Made by a program: the position numbers and the translations under genes
Notes under the pieces: model-generated
What the model was told of the DNA's origin: nothing
The model's database searches: none
What the model saw: only the letters and a program-made list of their open reading frames with translations
Shown: piece by piece, positions 11,736 to 24,800 of the stretch
Layout of the letters: every line of letters starts with the position of its first letter
Numbering within the stretch: position 1 is the first letter of the stretch
Assembly: GCF_009914755.1 (NCBI RefSeq)
Contig: NC_060942.1
DNA from: the human T2T-CHM13v2.0 reference genome, Homo sapiens
Strand: one strand, 5' to 3'
DNA: 64,000 nucleotides

Positions 11736-14700
11736 ATAAAATAAATCAATATATGGTTTCCAGATCTAAATAATGCTTACTCTAAATTAATTAGAAACTA
11801 CTGAATCCATTAATAATTAATACAACTATTGCCCCTAAGATACAAGATCATATCAAGTGTCGCACATAGCCTTTTAGACAGAATTTTTCATTCTTCCTTT
11901 GGCAAATGTTAAGGAGGAAACTTCTAATATTCAAATAATCACTCACTTTATATATCACATAAATTATGGGCCTAATTTTTAAAACGAGTGCATGACATAG
12001 AGAAGGACACATTTTGAAATTAGATAAGCATAGTTTCAAATCCAGGCTCTCTCCACTTGTAGTTACGCCACTGTTAAAAATTCCATCTTAAGGTCTCTGA
12101 GCCTGGGCTTGCCTGTCTTTCCACAGCAAGGATAATACCCCTTATATCTTACAGCTGTGCTAGGATTGGATTTGTTAAATACTCATGAGGTTCAAGCACA
12201 AGGTGGTGCTAAGCATTGGGGATATGGAGGAGGCTGCTAAGGGCTCTCTTCTCCAGGGGCTGGCAATGTAGATTGGAAAGAGAGCAACATGGAATCTAGT
12301 GTCCTGTAGTAAGTAGGGATGAGGATGGGAACCAGTGGCCTGACCAGGGAGTGGTCAGTACAGGGAAGAGTCAGCTAAGACTTCAGAGAGGAGGTAACCC
12401 TGGGGCCAAGTAGCTGAATCTTGACAGACGGCTGTTGTTCAGAGCATCTGTGTGATGTGGAGTATGTTGCCAGGGAGGTTAGATATGTGGCAAGGAATAA
12501 AAAAATGAGAGAGACAGGTTGGCTCCATGAAGACAGGGAGGACTGAGTTTGGCCTGATCTGAGAATGAGAAGTGTGTTATAATCAGAGAGAGGGGTGGGA
12601 TGGGAGAAGAAGCAAGGGAGATAGAGGATGAATTGGACAACCTTGTACTCCATACCAATAAGTAGCCATTCAAGGGATTCAGGTCAGGGAAAAAATGTAA
12701 GGAAGAGCTGCAGCAGCAATGGAGGATGGGTTAGAGGGCGTGCGGCCTCAGAACAAACTAATAGGAGCGGCATAAAGGCTGGAGGATGTGCTGGGCCCAG
12801 TTAAGATAGAGCTAACCCTGGCGGCATGGAGGAAGGGGGTTTCATAAATGCCAGATGCTGATTTTCATTAGAAATAGGATTTAGAGAAATCAAAAACACT
12901 TAGTCCTTTTTAGAAGGAAAAAAAGAGAATATATTGATGTTAAAAATACTGTCTGGGGTATTGTTAAAGTGAATACTAGAACGCTTGAAATTGAAAAACT
13001 AGCCTAGCAATGACTTTCCAATAATTCATTGGAAATCACTAATTATATAAATATTTTTAAACCCCAATTTTCATAAGCAGTAAAAAGTTGTTCTTAGTGT
13101 CTCTTGTTTGGAAGAACCTTCTGGATCTTTCTTTTGTTGCTTCTCCTACCTTCCTTATATTGCACCTTAACCCCTTTGCTGTGGGCCTGTGTCCATCAAT
13201 TTTGTGACAATGACTGTACGTGTTGAGGTGTTACCATGATGCCTACTCAGTGGATGTGGGTGGCACCTCTGGTTACTAAAAGCTAGAGTGTGAAATGCTT
13301 CTCTCGGCTTCAGAAGGCATGCCAGCAGCACACTTAGTGGGTGATTGTGGCTCATTCTTGGCTAGGGCCGGGGAAGACCTAAGTTTTTTATCATACTGCT
13401 TTGCTATCCCCAAAAGAACCCATGCCTGTCCCTGAAAAGGCAAATATTTGAGTTGGAACTACAGACTCCATGAAAGCTCTCGAATGTCCTTCACAGTGGA
13501 GGCCACACCTTGCACATTCGTGGAGGCGAGAGCCAGGTTGTGTTATGCGTTCCCCTCTTATTGACCAGCTGCACAGAAGCCATTCGGCAGGAAGGAGGGA
13601 GACATTAAAGTCTACTTCATTTTCCATTGACCGTAGAGAAAGTTACATGCTGTTTCTTTTCCCTCATCTAGATAGACCGTCTTTAAATGTTAATAGTGGA
13701 ATAAATTAGAAATAGTTTCAATTATAAACTCAGAGCACTAAAAGATTGCAAATGCCTGCACTGAACAATATATTACTTTACGAATTGTAAAGCTGCTCTG
13801 CCATTTGCTCTCGGGAACCCTTGGGTCTTCTTAATCACAGTTATTGATTTAGGGAGTTTAAGGGATGAACTTCTAGAGGTGTTCCAAGCTAGGGCTGATA
13901 GCCTTTCTTGGAGAGGATCTTGGACATTTTGAGAAAGATTAACTGATTTGACTATAGATGCCTCACTTTCACATATGTGAAATGTGAGGAAAGGTTGCAA
14001 ATTCCAAGAGACTGATAAAGTCATGTGTGATCACTAAGCCGGTATGCTTCTTAGAGCCCTAGACTTTTAGAACTGAGGACGACCAACTCAGAAGTCCTGA
14101 CCACATTCCTCATGTTACATTTCTGCTTCATCCTATTTTGGTGGTGGGGAGAGGAATGAGGGCACAGATACAGAAGGAATTATGTTTTACATCATTCTCT
14201 TCAGCAGGGCATTTTATCAACCAGCACTTATAAGTATACTCAATGTAACTATTTATTATAAGAACACCAGTGTACACAAAAGTGCTAATATGCCTTCTAT
14301 TTCCTTAATAACTATTTTTTAAGTATATTATATTATGCTTGTGAGGCTTACCTGTATTTCATTGCAACTTAATTAAATTAATATTCAGCTCTTCAATCAG
14401 ACAGTAGAAAGATTAGGGAGTGGTTTTGGTGTTTTTTCCCATATAATTATGTCCCTTTTGACATGTATGTATGGCCCAGTTCCATCTCATCTCTACTTCT
14501 ACCTGCTAAGTGTTTTCCTGTCCTGTATCAATGTATTTTCCACTCAATGAGAAGTAGTAAGAGCTCTGTCCAGTTATTAGTACCTGGTTAAAATCCTGGC
14601 CCTTCATAGCATTGAAAAGTGTTGTAGGAAATGTTAGGATTGACACTTGGCTACTGTTCAGTTATTCTTCATTCATTCACCAGATATCTACTGAACACTT

Positions 14701-15009
14701 ATTGTCTTCATGTCATTGTGCTAGGGTTGTGATAAAAGCTGTCTAGAAAAGTACAGGGTACTCTAAGAGTATGTGACAGAAGGATGAAATCTCAACAGGA
14801 GAATCAGGAGTGTCTTACTGAGAATGTGTTACTTAAACTGAAACCTGAGGAGGAGGTAGGTAGATAGGTTCACCAAGTAGGAGAGCAATCAGTAGAAAAG
14901 CCTAAGATAAGAGAAGTTAAAGAGACCTAAACAGTGGTCATCCTAGTCAACAAAATTAAAAACACACAAGGTTTGACCATCACTCAGGAGCATTAATTAG
15001 ATTTACATG

Positions 15010-15349
15010 CAGTTGTGCAGAGCATAAGGACATTTCATTCAACAGACTGCGTATACAGCAGTGGTCCTGAAATATTATAATACTGTCTTTTCATTGCACC
15101 TTTTCTACATTTAGCTTTAGGTTTACAGATACTCCCCACTGTTTTACAGTTGCCTACAGTATTCAGTAGAGTCACATACCATATAGCTCTGTAGCCTAGC
15201 AGCAATAGGCTCTACCATACAGCCTAGGGGTGTAGTAGGCTGTACCATCTAGGGTTTTGTAAGTGCACCGTATGATGTTTGCACAAAGATGGAATGGCCT
15301 AATGAGGCACTTCTCAGAATATATCCCCATCATTAAGTGACTCATGACC
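15010..15349. mobile_element. Tigger3a/MER7-like non-autonomous DNA transposon
   Basis: Diagnostic tgtagcctagcagcaataggctctaccatacagcctaggggtgtagtaggctgtaccatctagg and terminal ttaagtgactcatgac. Confidence 0.8.
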
Positions 15350-16237
15350 ATATTTAATGTTGAGAGTGAGCATTTCCCTAGGCTAAACATTATGTAAAAC
15401 ATATAAAAATATAATCAGAAATGCAAAATCATTTGATCACAAAATGATTTTAATAATTTAGTTTTTGAATATCATGCAATACCTCTAACCTAATTAAGAG
15501 TGCAATAAATGTTTATTGAATGAACCTCATCTTTTTCTTGCCAGCAGTAATAATTATCACCTGAAACATTTATTACAGATAAGAAGACCCTAGACCTTCA
15601 TTTAACTAGTGGGACATACCAGGAACAAGTGGAGTTTTAAATTATATTTTCATCCCTAAATAAAAGTTAAATATCATGAACCTTCCATAGAATGCAGAGC
15701 TATAAAAGAACACCCTGCCTTTACCTTTGAAGCAATCTTTTTTTTTTAATAAGAAGAGTAATTGAGAAAGATTGCTTCAAATAAGCCATTGCTATAAATT
15801 CAGATCCAATCAGGAAGGTCACTCCAATTTGCAGGCTTATACTGACTCCTGCAAAAACTTGTCTTCTCACCTCTTGAGGACAGTGATGACACCCCCTCCC
15901 CTCCTTTTCGCTTTACCTTCCATCCCCCACAATCACTGTCTTAGTTCATATTTGTCTTTCTCAGGTCTCCAATCCCCATTCACCCTGTGGCTGCAGGGTC
16001 TTTCCTCCCAGCTTAATAACCCATCAGTGTCTCCCTATTGCCTTCAGCATAAATCCAGACTTCCTCTAATGGGGAAGCCTCTGGCTTCTACTCACTTCCT
16101 GGGGCAGCCTCCCTTCCACCTGTAAATATTTGCCTGAGAATATCCTGGGTGGTTCCATGCCATTTTGTGGGTTTATTTTGCAGCTGATGTTTCTTTCATG
16201 GAATCTTCTCTCTTTTATCTTCCCTCTGTCCTGCCTG

Positions 16238-16269
16238 CACACACACACACAGTCTCTCCACAGTCTCTT

Positions 16270-16307
<38 letters not shown>
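16238..16307. repeat. Compound (CA)n/(CT)n microsatellite
   Basis: Directly visible in the sequence. Confidence 0.9.
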
Positions 16308-17006
16308 ACTTATTTCCACTCCCCTCCTAGCTATGGCCCAGATGTCACCTCCTTGGAGAGCCCACCCTGGCCCCCTGCCCATCTGTGTCCTGCAGCTCTC
16401 CCAGAGAGCTCAGCCCTAGATTCATTCACTGCACTGGCTGGTGACCGCTTGTCCTGGCCACCTACTAGCTCCTTCAGGGCCAGGCCTGTCCTCTGATTTT
16501 ACTTCTGTATTTCCAATCCTGGTTCTATGCCAGACACAGGCTTCCATGAGTATTTGTTTATTTGTTTTGTTTTTATTATTTGTTTCTCATTTTTTTAAAC
16601 TGTAGAAGAATTTTTACTGAGGCAAAAACTATGACTGGGTTTGCATATTAGATCAACCACTGGGGCCGGGACATTGGGGAAGTAAACAGGCCAATGTGTC
16701 TTCCGGATGGAAAATTAACAGATTACCGTGGATGGATGCATCAAAACTGTCTTTTGCCAAACACAAAGATTTTGAATGGAGCAGGCTGTGCTCAGGGGTT
16801 CCACCTCCCAGTTCCCACCAAATGACTGAAGTTTCATTTGGTAGTATAAGTGACATCTAATCTCTCTGATGTAAACAATTCATACAAGTTAATAGTTTAG
16901 AAAGGTAGTATCACAAATTAAGAGAACACGTGGCACAGACACAAGAAGACTTGGGTTTGAATCTCGGCTGGGACATTTACTAATTGTGTGACCTGAAGTC
17001 ACCCTG

Positions 17007-17772
<766 letters not shown>

Positions 17773-19064
17773 CCCTGTAAATTCTCTAAGTCTGTTCCTT
17801 CATTTGTAAAATTCGCATCAAGTATACTACTTGCCTGTCTCACAGCCTGGTCAGAAGGATTATGATCAGTGAAAATTATTTGCAAACCGAATTGCTCAAA
17901 GAGAATAAAGCTATGATATCATGATTTGCTTAAAAAATGTTGACTAGATTGCTATTCAGTCTTTATGCCCATTATACTCCGCTTTTAGTAATACACTTAA
18001 AATTTCCTATCATTACTGCCTTTTATCTTCTATGCTGATATTCTGTGGTTATCACCTATATAGGAACTATGTTTTAACAGTCACTGATATTTGACAATAC
18101 TTCTATAGAAGTTGTAAGAAATATGTGTGTTTGGTATTAATATTGTGCATTCATTTGGTAAAATCATCAATGTTTTAGATCTCTTGTTCCATCAAAACAT
18201 CCCAGCAATAAGAGAAGGCATTGTTGGTAGGACTGTTTATAGATAACAGCTCATTCCAGGGAGTAAAAGTGCAATGTTGTTAAGAAGCATAAAGAATGCA
18301 ACCATAGCATGGAGCTTGATGCTTCTGGGTTTAAATTCTTATTTGCCAAGATTTATGTCCACCTCAAAGGTAATAATAATATCTACCTCAAAGGACAGCT
18401 GGGAGAATTAGTGACCTGTAAGCAAAGCAGTCAGGACAGCATCAAACACAGATGTTATCTGTTCAGTACAGGAAGCCTTTTCTTATTGTTGATTTCTATA
18501 GTGATAGAAACAACTTATAGATAACATGGTAGCCCCTTTTATTCTGCCTATGTCTTGGGAAATTTTCTGGGTCCTAGCATTGTATTCCTGAGCCTCAGTT
18601 ATGTTCTTCTTAGCAGCTTGTGATAGATAAATAATAATTACAGCAATAGAAAATGAATAATCATGGTTACTTGGATTGAGGAGCTGTGATGTGCCAAGCC
18701 CATGCTTGGTCCCAAATGAAATAATTTATCATGATTCAGAGCAGGCTTCCTCGCTAGATGCCAGCATTTCCCCATTACAGTTGAAAGCACTGAGGTTCAG
18801 GGAGGTTAACAGACTTGTCTACTCTAACCCCAAAGCCATGAGCTTTCCGTGTAACACTTAATCTTGTGCTCAGAGCCACAGGGCACGTGAGCTGTCAGGA
18901 CCTTGCCTCCTCCTGGGAGCTGTGCTCATTCTCTTGTCCCCCACTTTGCTTGATCAGAAGACATCTTTCCTCCTGACCCTTCAGAACCAAGATGGTTACA
19001 CCTCCCTTTGCAGACGTGGACTATTCTGCAAATTAATATCCTTTATTTATTGTCTTTTCTAGTA

Positions 19065-21413
19065 CAGGCATATCTTGGAGTTATTGCAGGCTCAGTTCCA
19101 GATCACTGCAATAAAGTGAATATCACAATAAAGCAAGTCACACACATTTTTTGTTTCCTAGTGCATAGAAAAGTTATGTTTATATTATACTGTAGTCTGT
19201 TAAGTGAGCAATAGCATTATGTCTTAAAAAATGTATCTACCTTAATTAAAAAATACATTATTGCTAAAAGTACTGATGATCATCTGAGCCTTCAATGAGG
19301 CATAATCTTTTTGCTAGTGGAGGGTCTTTCCTCAATATGGATGGTTGCTGACTAATCAGGGTGGTAGTTTCTGAAGGTTTGGGTGACTGTGGCAATTTCC
19401 TAAAATAAGACAATGAAATTTGCCACATCAGTTGACTTTGCTTTTCGCAAAAGATTTCTCTATAGCATGGGATGCTGTTGGATAGCATTTTACCCATAGT
19501 AGAACTTCTTTCAAAATTGGAGTCAATCCTCTCAAACCTTGTCAGTGCGTTATCAACTATGTTAATATAATATTCTAAATCATTTGTTGTCATTTCAACA
19601 GTGGTCACAGCATCTTCATCACAAGTAGATTTCATCTCAAGAAACCACTTTCTTTGCTTACCCATAGGAAGCAACTGCTCATCCGTTCAAGTGTGATCAT
19701 GAGATTGCAGCAATTCAGTCATGTCCTCAGGCTCCACTTCTAATTCTAGTTGTTCTTTCCACCACATCTGAGGTGACTTCTTCCATTGAAGTGTTGAACC
19801 CCTCAAAGTCACCCTTGAGGTTTAGAAACAACTTCTTCCAAGCTCCTGTTAATATTAATACTTTCACTTCCTCCCATGAATCACAAATGTTCTTAATGGC
19901 ATCTGGAATAGTGACCCCTTTCCATTGACTTTGACCAGACCCATTAGAGGAATAATTATATATGGCAGCTATAGCATCACAAAATCTATTCCGTGTATAA
20001 TAAGACATGAAAGTTAAAATGACTCCTTGACCCATGGGCTGCAAAATGGATGTCATGTTAGAAGATATGAAAACAGCATTCATCCCATGTACGTCTCCAT
20101 CAGAGCTCATGGGTGATCAAGTGCATTGTCAAATGAGCAGTAATATTTAGAAAGGAATCCTTTTTTTCTGAGAAGTAGGTCTCAACAGTGGGCTTAAAAT
20201 ATTCAGTAAACCATACTGTAAATAGATGTGGTATCATCCAGGCTTTGTTGTTCCATTTGTAGAGCACAGGCAGAGTAGGTTTAGCATGATTCTTAAGGGC
20301 CCTAGGATGGTAAATGAGCATTGGCTTTAACTTAAACTTGCTAGCAGCATGAGCCCGTAACACAAGAGTCAGCCTGTCCTTTGACACCAGACATTGACTT
20401 CTCCTCTTCAGCTATGAAAGTCCTAGATGGCATCTGCTTCCAATAGAAGGCCATTTCATCTACATTGAAAATCTGTGGTTTAGTGTTGTCACCCTCATCA
20501 ATGACTTTAGCTAGATCTTCTGGATAATGTGCTACAGCTTCTACATCAGCACTTGCTGCTTCGCTTTGTACTTTTATGTTATGAAGATGGCTACTTTTCT
20601 TAAACCTCATGAACCAACCTCTGCTAGCTTCAGACTTTTCTTCTGCAGCTTCCTCACCTCCCTCAGCCTTCATAGAATTGAAGAAAGTTAGGGTCTTGCT
20701 CTGCACTAGGCTTGGTTTAAGGGAATATCATGGCTGGTTTGATCTTCTATCCAGACCACTCAAGTTAGTTTAATATTCTATCCAGACCACTAACACTTTC
20801 TCCATATCAGCAATAAAGCCGTTTCACTTTCCTATCATTCATGTGTTCACTGGAGTAGCACTTTTAATTTCCTTCAATAACTTTTCCTTTGCATTTACAA
20901 CTTGGCTGTTTGGTATAAGAGGCCTAGCTTTCGAACTGTCTTGGCTTTTGACATGCCTTCCTCACTGTGCTTAATAATTTCCGGCTTTTAATTTAAGGTG
21001 AGAGGCTTGCAACTCTTCCTTTCACTTGAATACTTAAAGGCCATTGTATGGTTATCATTTGTTCTAATTTCAATATTGTGTGTCTTAGGGAGTAGGGAGG
21101 CCCAGTGCCAGGGAGAGAGATGGCTGTCTTATATGGACACAGTTCATAGCACCCCAAAACAATTACAAGAGTAACATCAAAGATCACTCATCACAGATCA
21201 CCATAACGGTTGTAATAATAATGAAAAAGTTTGAAATGTTGCAGGAATTACCAAAATGGCACAGAGACATGAAGTAAGTGCATGCTGTAAGATAAATGGC
21301 ACTGACAGACTTGCTGAAGGGAGGGTTGCCACAAACCTTCAATTTGTAAAACTTTAGTTCAGTATCTGTGAAGCCCAATAATGTGAAGTGCCTTATTAAG
21401 CTGGGTACGCCTT
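19065..21413 (-). mobile_element. Near full-length Tigger1 (TcMar/pogo) DNA transposon fossil with fragmented transposase
   Basis: Left end TA|CAGGCATATCT and right end GGTACGCCTT|TA. Minus-strand ORFs 20341-20706, 20100-20387, 19727-20110 and 19264-19674 are consecutive pieces of a CENP-B/pogo DDE transposase ([40 protein letters not shown]), broken by frameshifts. Confidence 0.95.
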
Positions 21414-21564
21414 TATTAAGAAAATACGTTACACCTTTGTTTCTATATTATGATCATTGGAATCTCTGGGGTTTATCCCTACTGCTTGCTTAATTCTTAA
21501 ATGCAATACTTTTGTATTCTTCATTATTTCCTTGTTATTATTTTTAAGCTGAAACATTTTGGGG

Positions 21565-21877
21565 TTTTGTTTGTTCGTTTTGTTATGTTTTAGTGGGGGA
21601 ATCTTGCTCCATTGTCCAGGCTGGAGTGCAGTAGCATGATCATAGCTCACTGCAGCCTCAAATTCCTTGGCTCAAGCGATCCTCCCACCTCAGTCTCCTG
21701 AGTAGCTGGGACTTAGAGGTGGTGTGCCACCACACGCAGCTGATTTTTTTTTATTTTCTATAGAGCAGGGTCTCACTATCTTGCACAAGTTGGTCTCAAA
21801 CTCCTGGGCCCAAGCAGTCCTCCCACCTTGGCTTCCCAAAGTGCTAGAACTACAGGCATGAGGTACCACACCCAGCC
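21565..21877 (-). mobile_element. AluJ
   Basis: Antisense dimer with J-type motifs (catagctcactgcagcctca, ctcaagcgatcctcccacc). Confidence 0.92.
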
Positions 21878-24800
21878 CTTGTTAATTGTTTAGCCATATA
21901 ATTTTGAGAACTTGAAGAACTTAAACGAAATTGTTTTAGAATATTGGATTATTTTAATCAAATTAATCAGTGTTTTTCTGCTGGTATGTATGTTCTTTTT
22001 CCTTTCACCATTTTTATTAGTCTCCAAAGAATCAATAAATTAAGGATCAGTGCTTTTGAGGTACTTATAAGTGGCTTTTTAATTGTTCCCTTTTTATTTA
22101 TTGGAGAAATGCAGACTGCAGGAGCATCTTAAACCTTCAGGGCTAAATGCACTTTTGTCACAGTTTTCAAACCTTTTGAAAAGGCTCTATCTGTGGCTAA
22201 AATTGTTTAGGGAAAGCAACTGACTTCTAATAATTTTCCTTTATTCATTGAGGTACACATAGGATCAAAATGTCATTGAGTGGTAAAACTTCAGCCTGCT
22301 TTTTATAGAATTTGTTTTTATTATTACTTACTGTTGCTGAATCGCTACAGTGAGTGTTAGCAAAAGGTGCCAGATCCCTTACTATCACCACCACCACTAC
22401 CCCCACCCCACCTGCTTTTAAGTGAGTTTTATTGTATTAAAAAATAATACTCTGGATTCCTTTACTGCCAGAAAACAAAGATCATTTTTATTAATGTTGC
22501 TTCTAGGATGACAATGTCAGTCATCTCTTTGAAAATTCATTTTGGAAACTAAGTTTGTTCTTTAAGAACCTTTGAAAAGAAGCTTTAAAAATGGCAGAGG
22601 AAGATAATAATAATAGAGTAGATGTATTTGAGCTTTTATACAATGAAACTTAATTTAACTTTCCCTCAAACTCCATTTCAGACTTGCTTTTGTGCATGAA
22701 AATATGCTGCCTAGCCTTCCCTCCCCTACTTTTCACATTTTCTTTTCTTCAAAGTAATCTCTTCTGAAGGATTCTCTGCATGGGATCAGACCTCCATTCT
22801 CATTCCCAGGCCCCCAGTGCTGAGGGCGGCAAGCCCAGGGCGCCTGTGGGAGGGTGTACAGGGAGGCTGCTATAGACAGGGAAGGTCAGGAATGGCTCTC
22901 AGAGCCAAATTCCACTGCCAGTCACCCCCCAGAAAAACCAACAAAATACTTACGTAATATTTTGATATAACTTTAAGGATTAAAATGGATATCCAGTGAA
23001 GTACTGAAAACAAAAAATTATGGCCTTTGTAGCCTAAGGAGTGATTATAGACTCGACAGAGAGTAGTTCCAAGTTTGCCTGACAGTGATTTGGAAAGAGA
23101 GAGGAGAACAAAGACGAAGACCATGCATGCCTTCAAGCTTCTTTCCCGGCCCACCCTCAGGTACCTCCTTCTTCATCCTTACCTCAGGCCTTGTGGGCGC
23201 CTAGAGGAGTCAAGACTAGGAAGCCTGGTTTTCATGCTCTGCAGGACAGGAATTGAATGAGGAAGACCCTGCCATTCTTGTGTAGCTCTTGGGGCCACTC
23301 TGGGGACTCCTGGGGGCATACCTGCTGGGACCTGGGCAGTATGTGAGGTAGGACCCAGCTCATTGTCTTCCATCTTCTGTGCTGATGAAGGGTACTCACA
23401 AGCAATTGGAGTGAATGGAGACTGTATTGGGATCTGTTAATAAACATGTTGGCTTTTTTTTTTGTTGCTGTTGTGTTATCTTTAATTCAGGGAGAATGTT
23501 GGTGACTGTAGCATTGCAGGAGCAGTTTTAGGGTGAGAACATTTGGGCACTTGGTTCAGGTCAGATGCCCTCAATGTAGTAGATGCTAGAAGAGATTTTA
23601 ACGTAGAGATTGACACATCCCTGGGTCCTGTTACTTTGTCCTTTGTACAAACCCTTATCAGATCCTTGGCATGGTAGTTCTTCATTGGTGTGATGTATTT
23701 CTGACACTCTTAGCCTGTGCTTTTCAAGGACGGGGCAGTCTGTGCCTAATTCCTCTTTTTATTCTTCCCCTGTGCCTGGAACAAGGCCTGATACGTGGTG
23801 AATATTGTGGAAAGAAAGGATGGAGGAAACATGAATGAAATAATTTTCTTCTCATTTGCTGATGTCACAACTTGCCTGATCTTGTGCTGAGAGTCATAAA
23901 ATATTAGCGCCTGAAGGGCTTTAGTGGTCAGTTGGTGATTCAGGAGCAAAGCAGGAGCCAGTCACCTGTGGACGGTGATTCCCAAGTCAATGCTCTCTCA
24001 TCAGCACCCCCTTGGGCACAGCTGCCTTTCTCTGATAGTTGCATTTGTATTCCAGCCCATCTGGCCCAAAGCACTGGAACTTTTCGGGACTGAAAGATTT
24101 TGAATTGGATAAAATACAAACTATAAAATATCATTCAGACAAACATACAGGAACAAAGCTATTTGGTGTGGCTTTGATAGTATTCTCTTTCTATTTTTAT
24201 TCAAATCATTAGGACTATTTAAGAGAACATACTTTTCATAATAGTAACTAATTTTGGATTATACTTTCATAATCATGTGTTTATGAAATTGAGATGATTA
24301 AATTGTGTTAAATTTATATGAAATAGGAAATGCAAAGGAAATTGTCTTCACTTGTTAAAAGCAGGAGACATCACCCTTAAAGATGTTCCATCTAGGACTA
24401 ATTTACTCGAAATGTGGTGCCTGTTGTGAAGATTAATGATAGGTGGCCTTTTACAGAGCTTCTCAGCCTGAGCCTAATGTTCTAGTTGTTCTTTTTATTA
24501 TCCCAAACCTCCATAACTAAAGAATTTTTTTCACCCTGCCCTTTGTTCATAATATGGGATGGTAATTGAGTTCATATTTCTCACCCAACCTTTCATCTGT
24601 AATTAATATTTTATTATATCAGATTTTATCACTAACTAGCAGAGCAGCAGGGTATTGAACCGAGTATGGGAGCATGTGCACAGACACACACCCACAGAGC
24701 AATAGTAACTTACTGATGCCAGGCAAGCTCCTTGTTATGAGTTACGGCTGAGAGAACATAAAAAATGCTTGTGGTGCCCCACAAATATTCCACAGCAATT

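Noticed and set aside
19264-20706. TIGD1-like protein-coding gene
   Set aside because: The transposase is split over several frames inside a TIR-bounded element, so it is a fossil.
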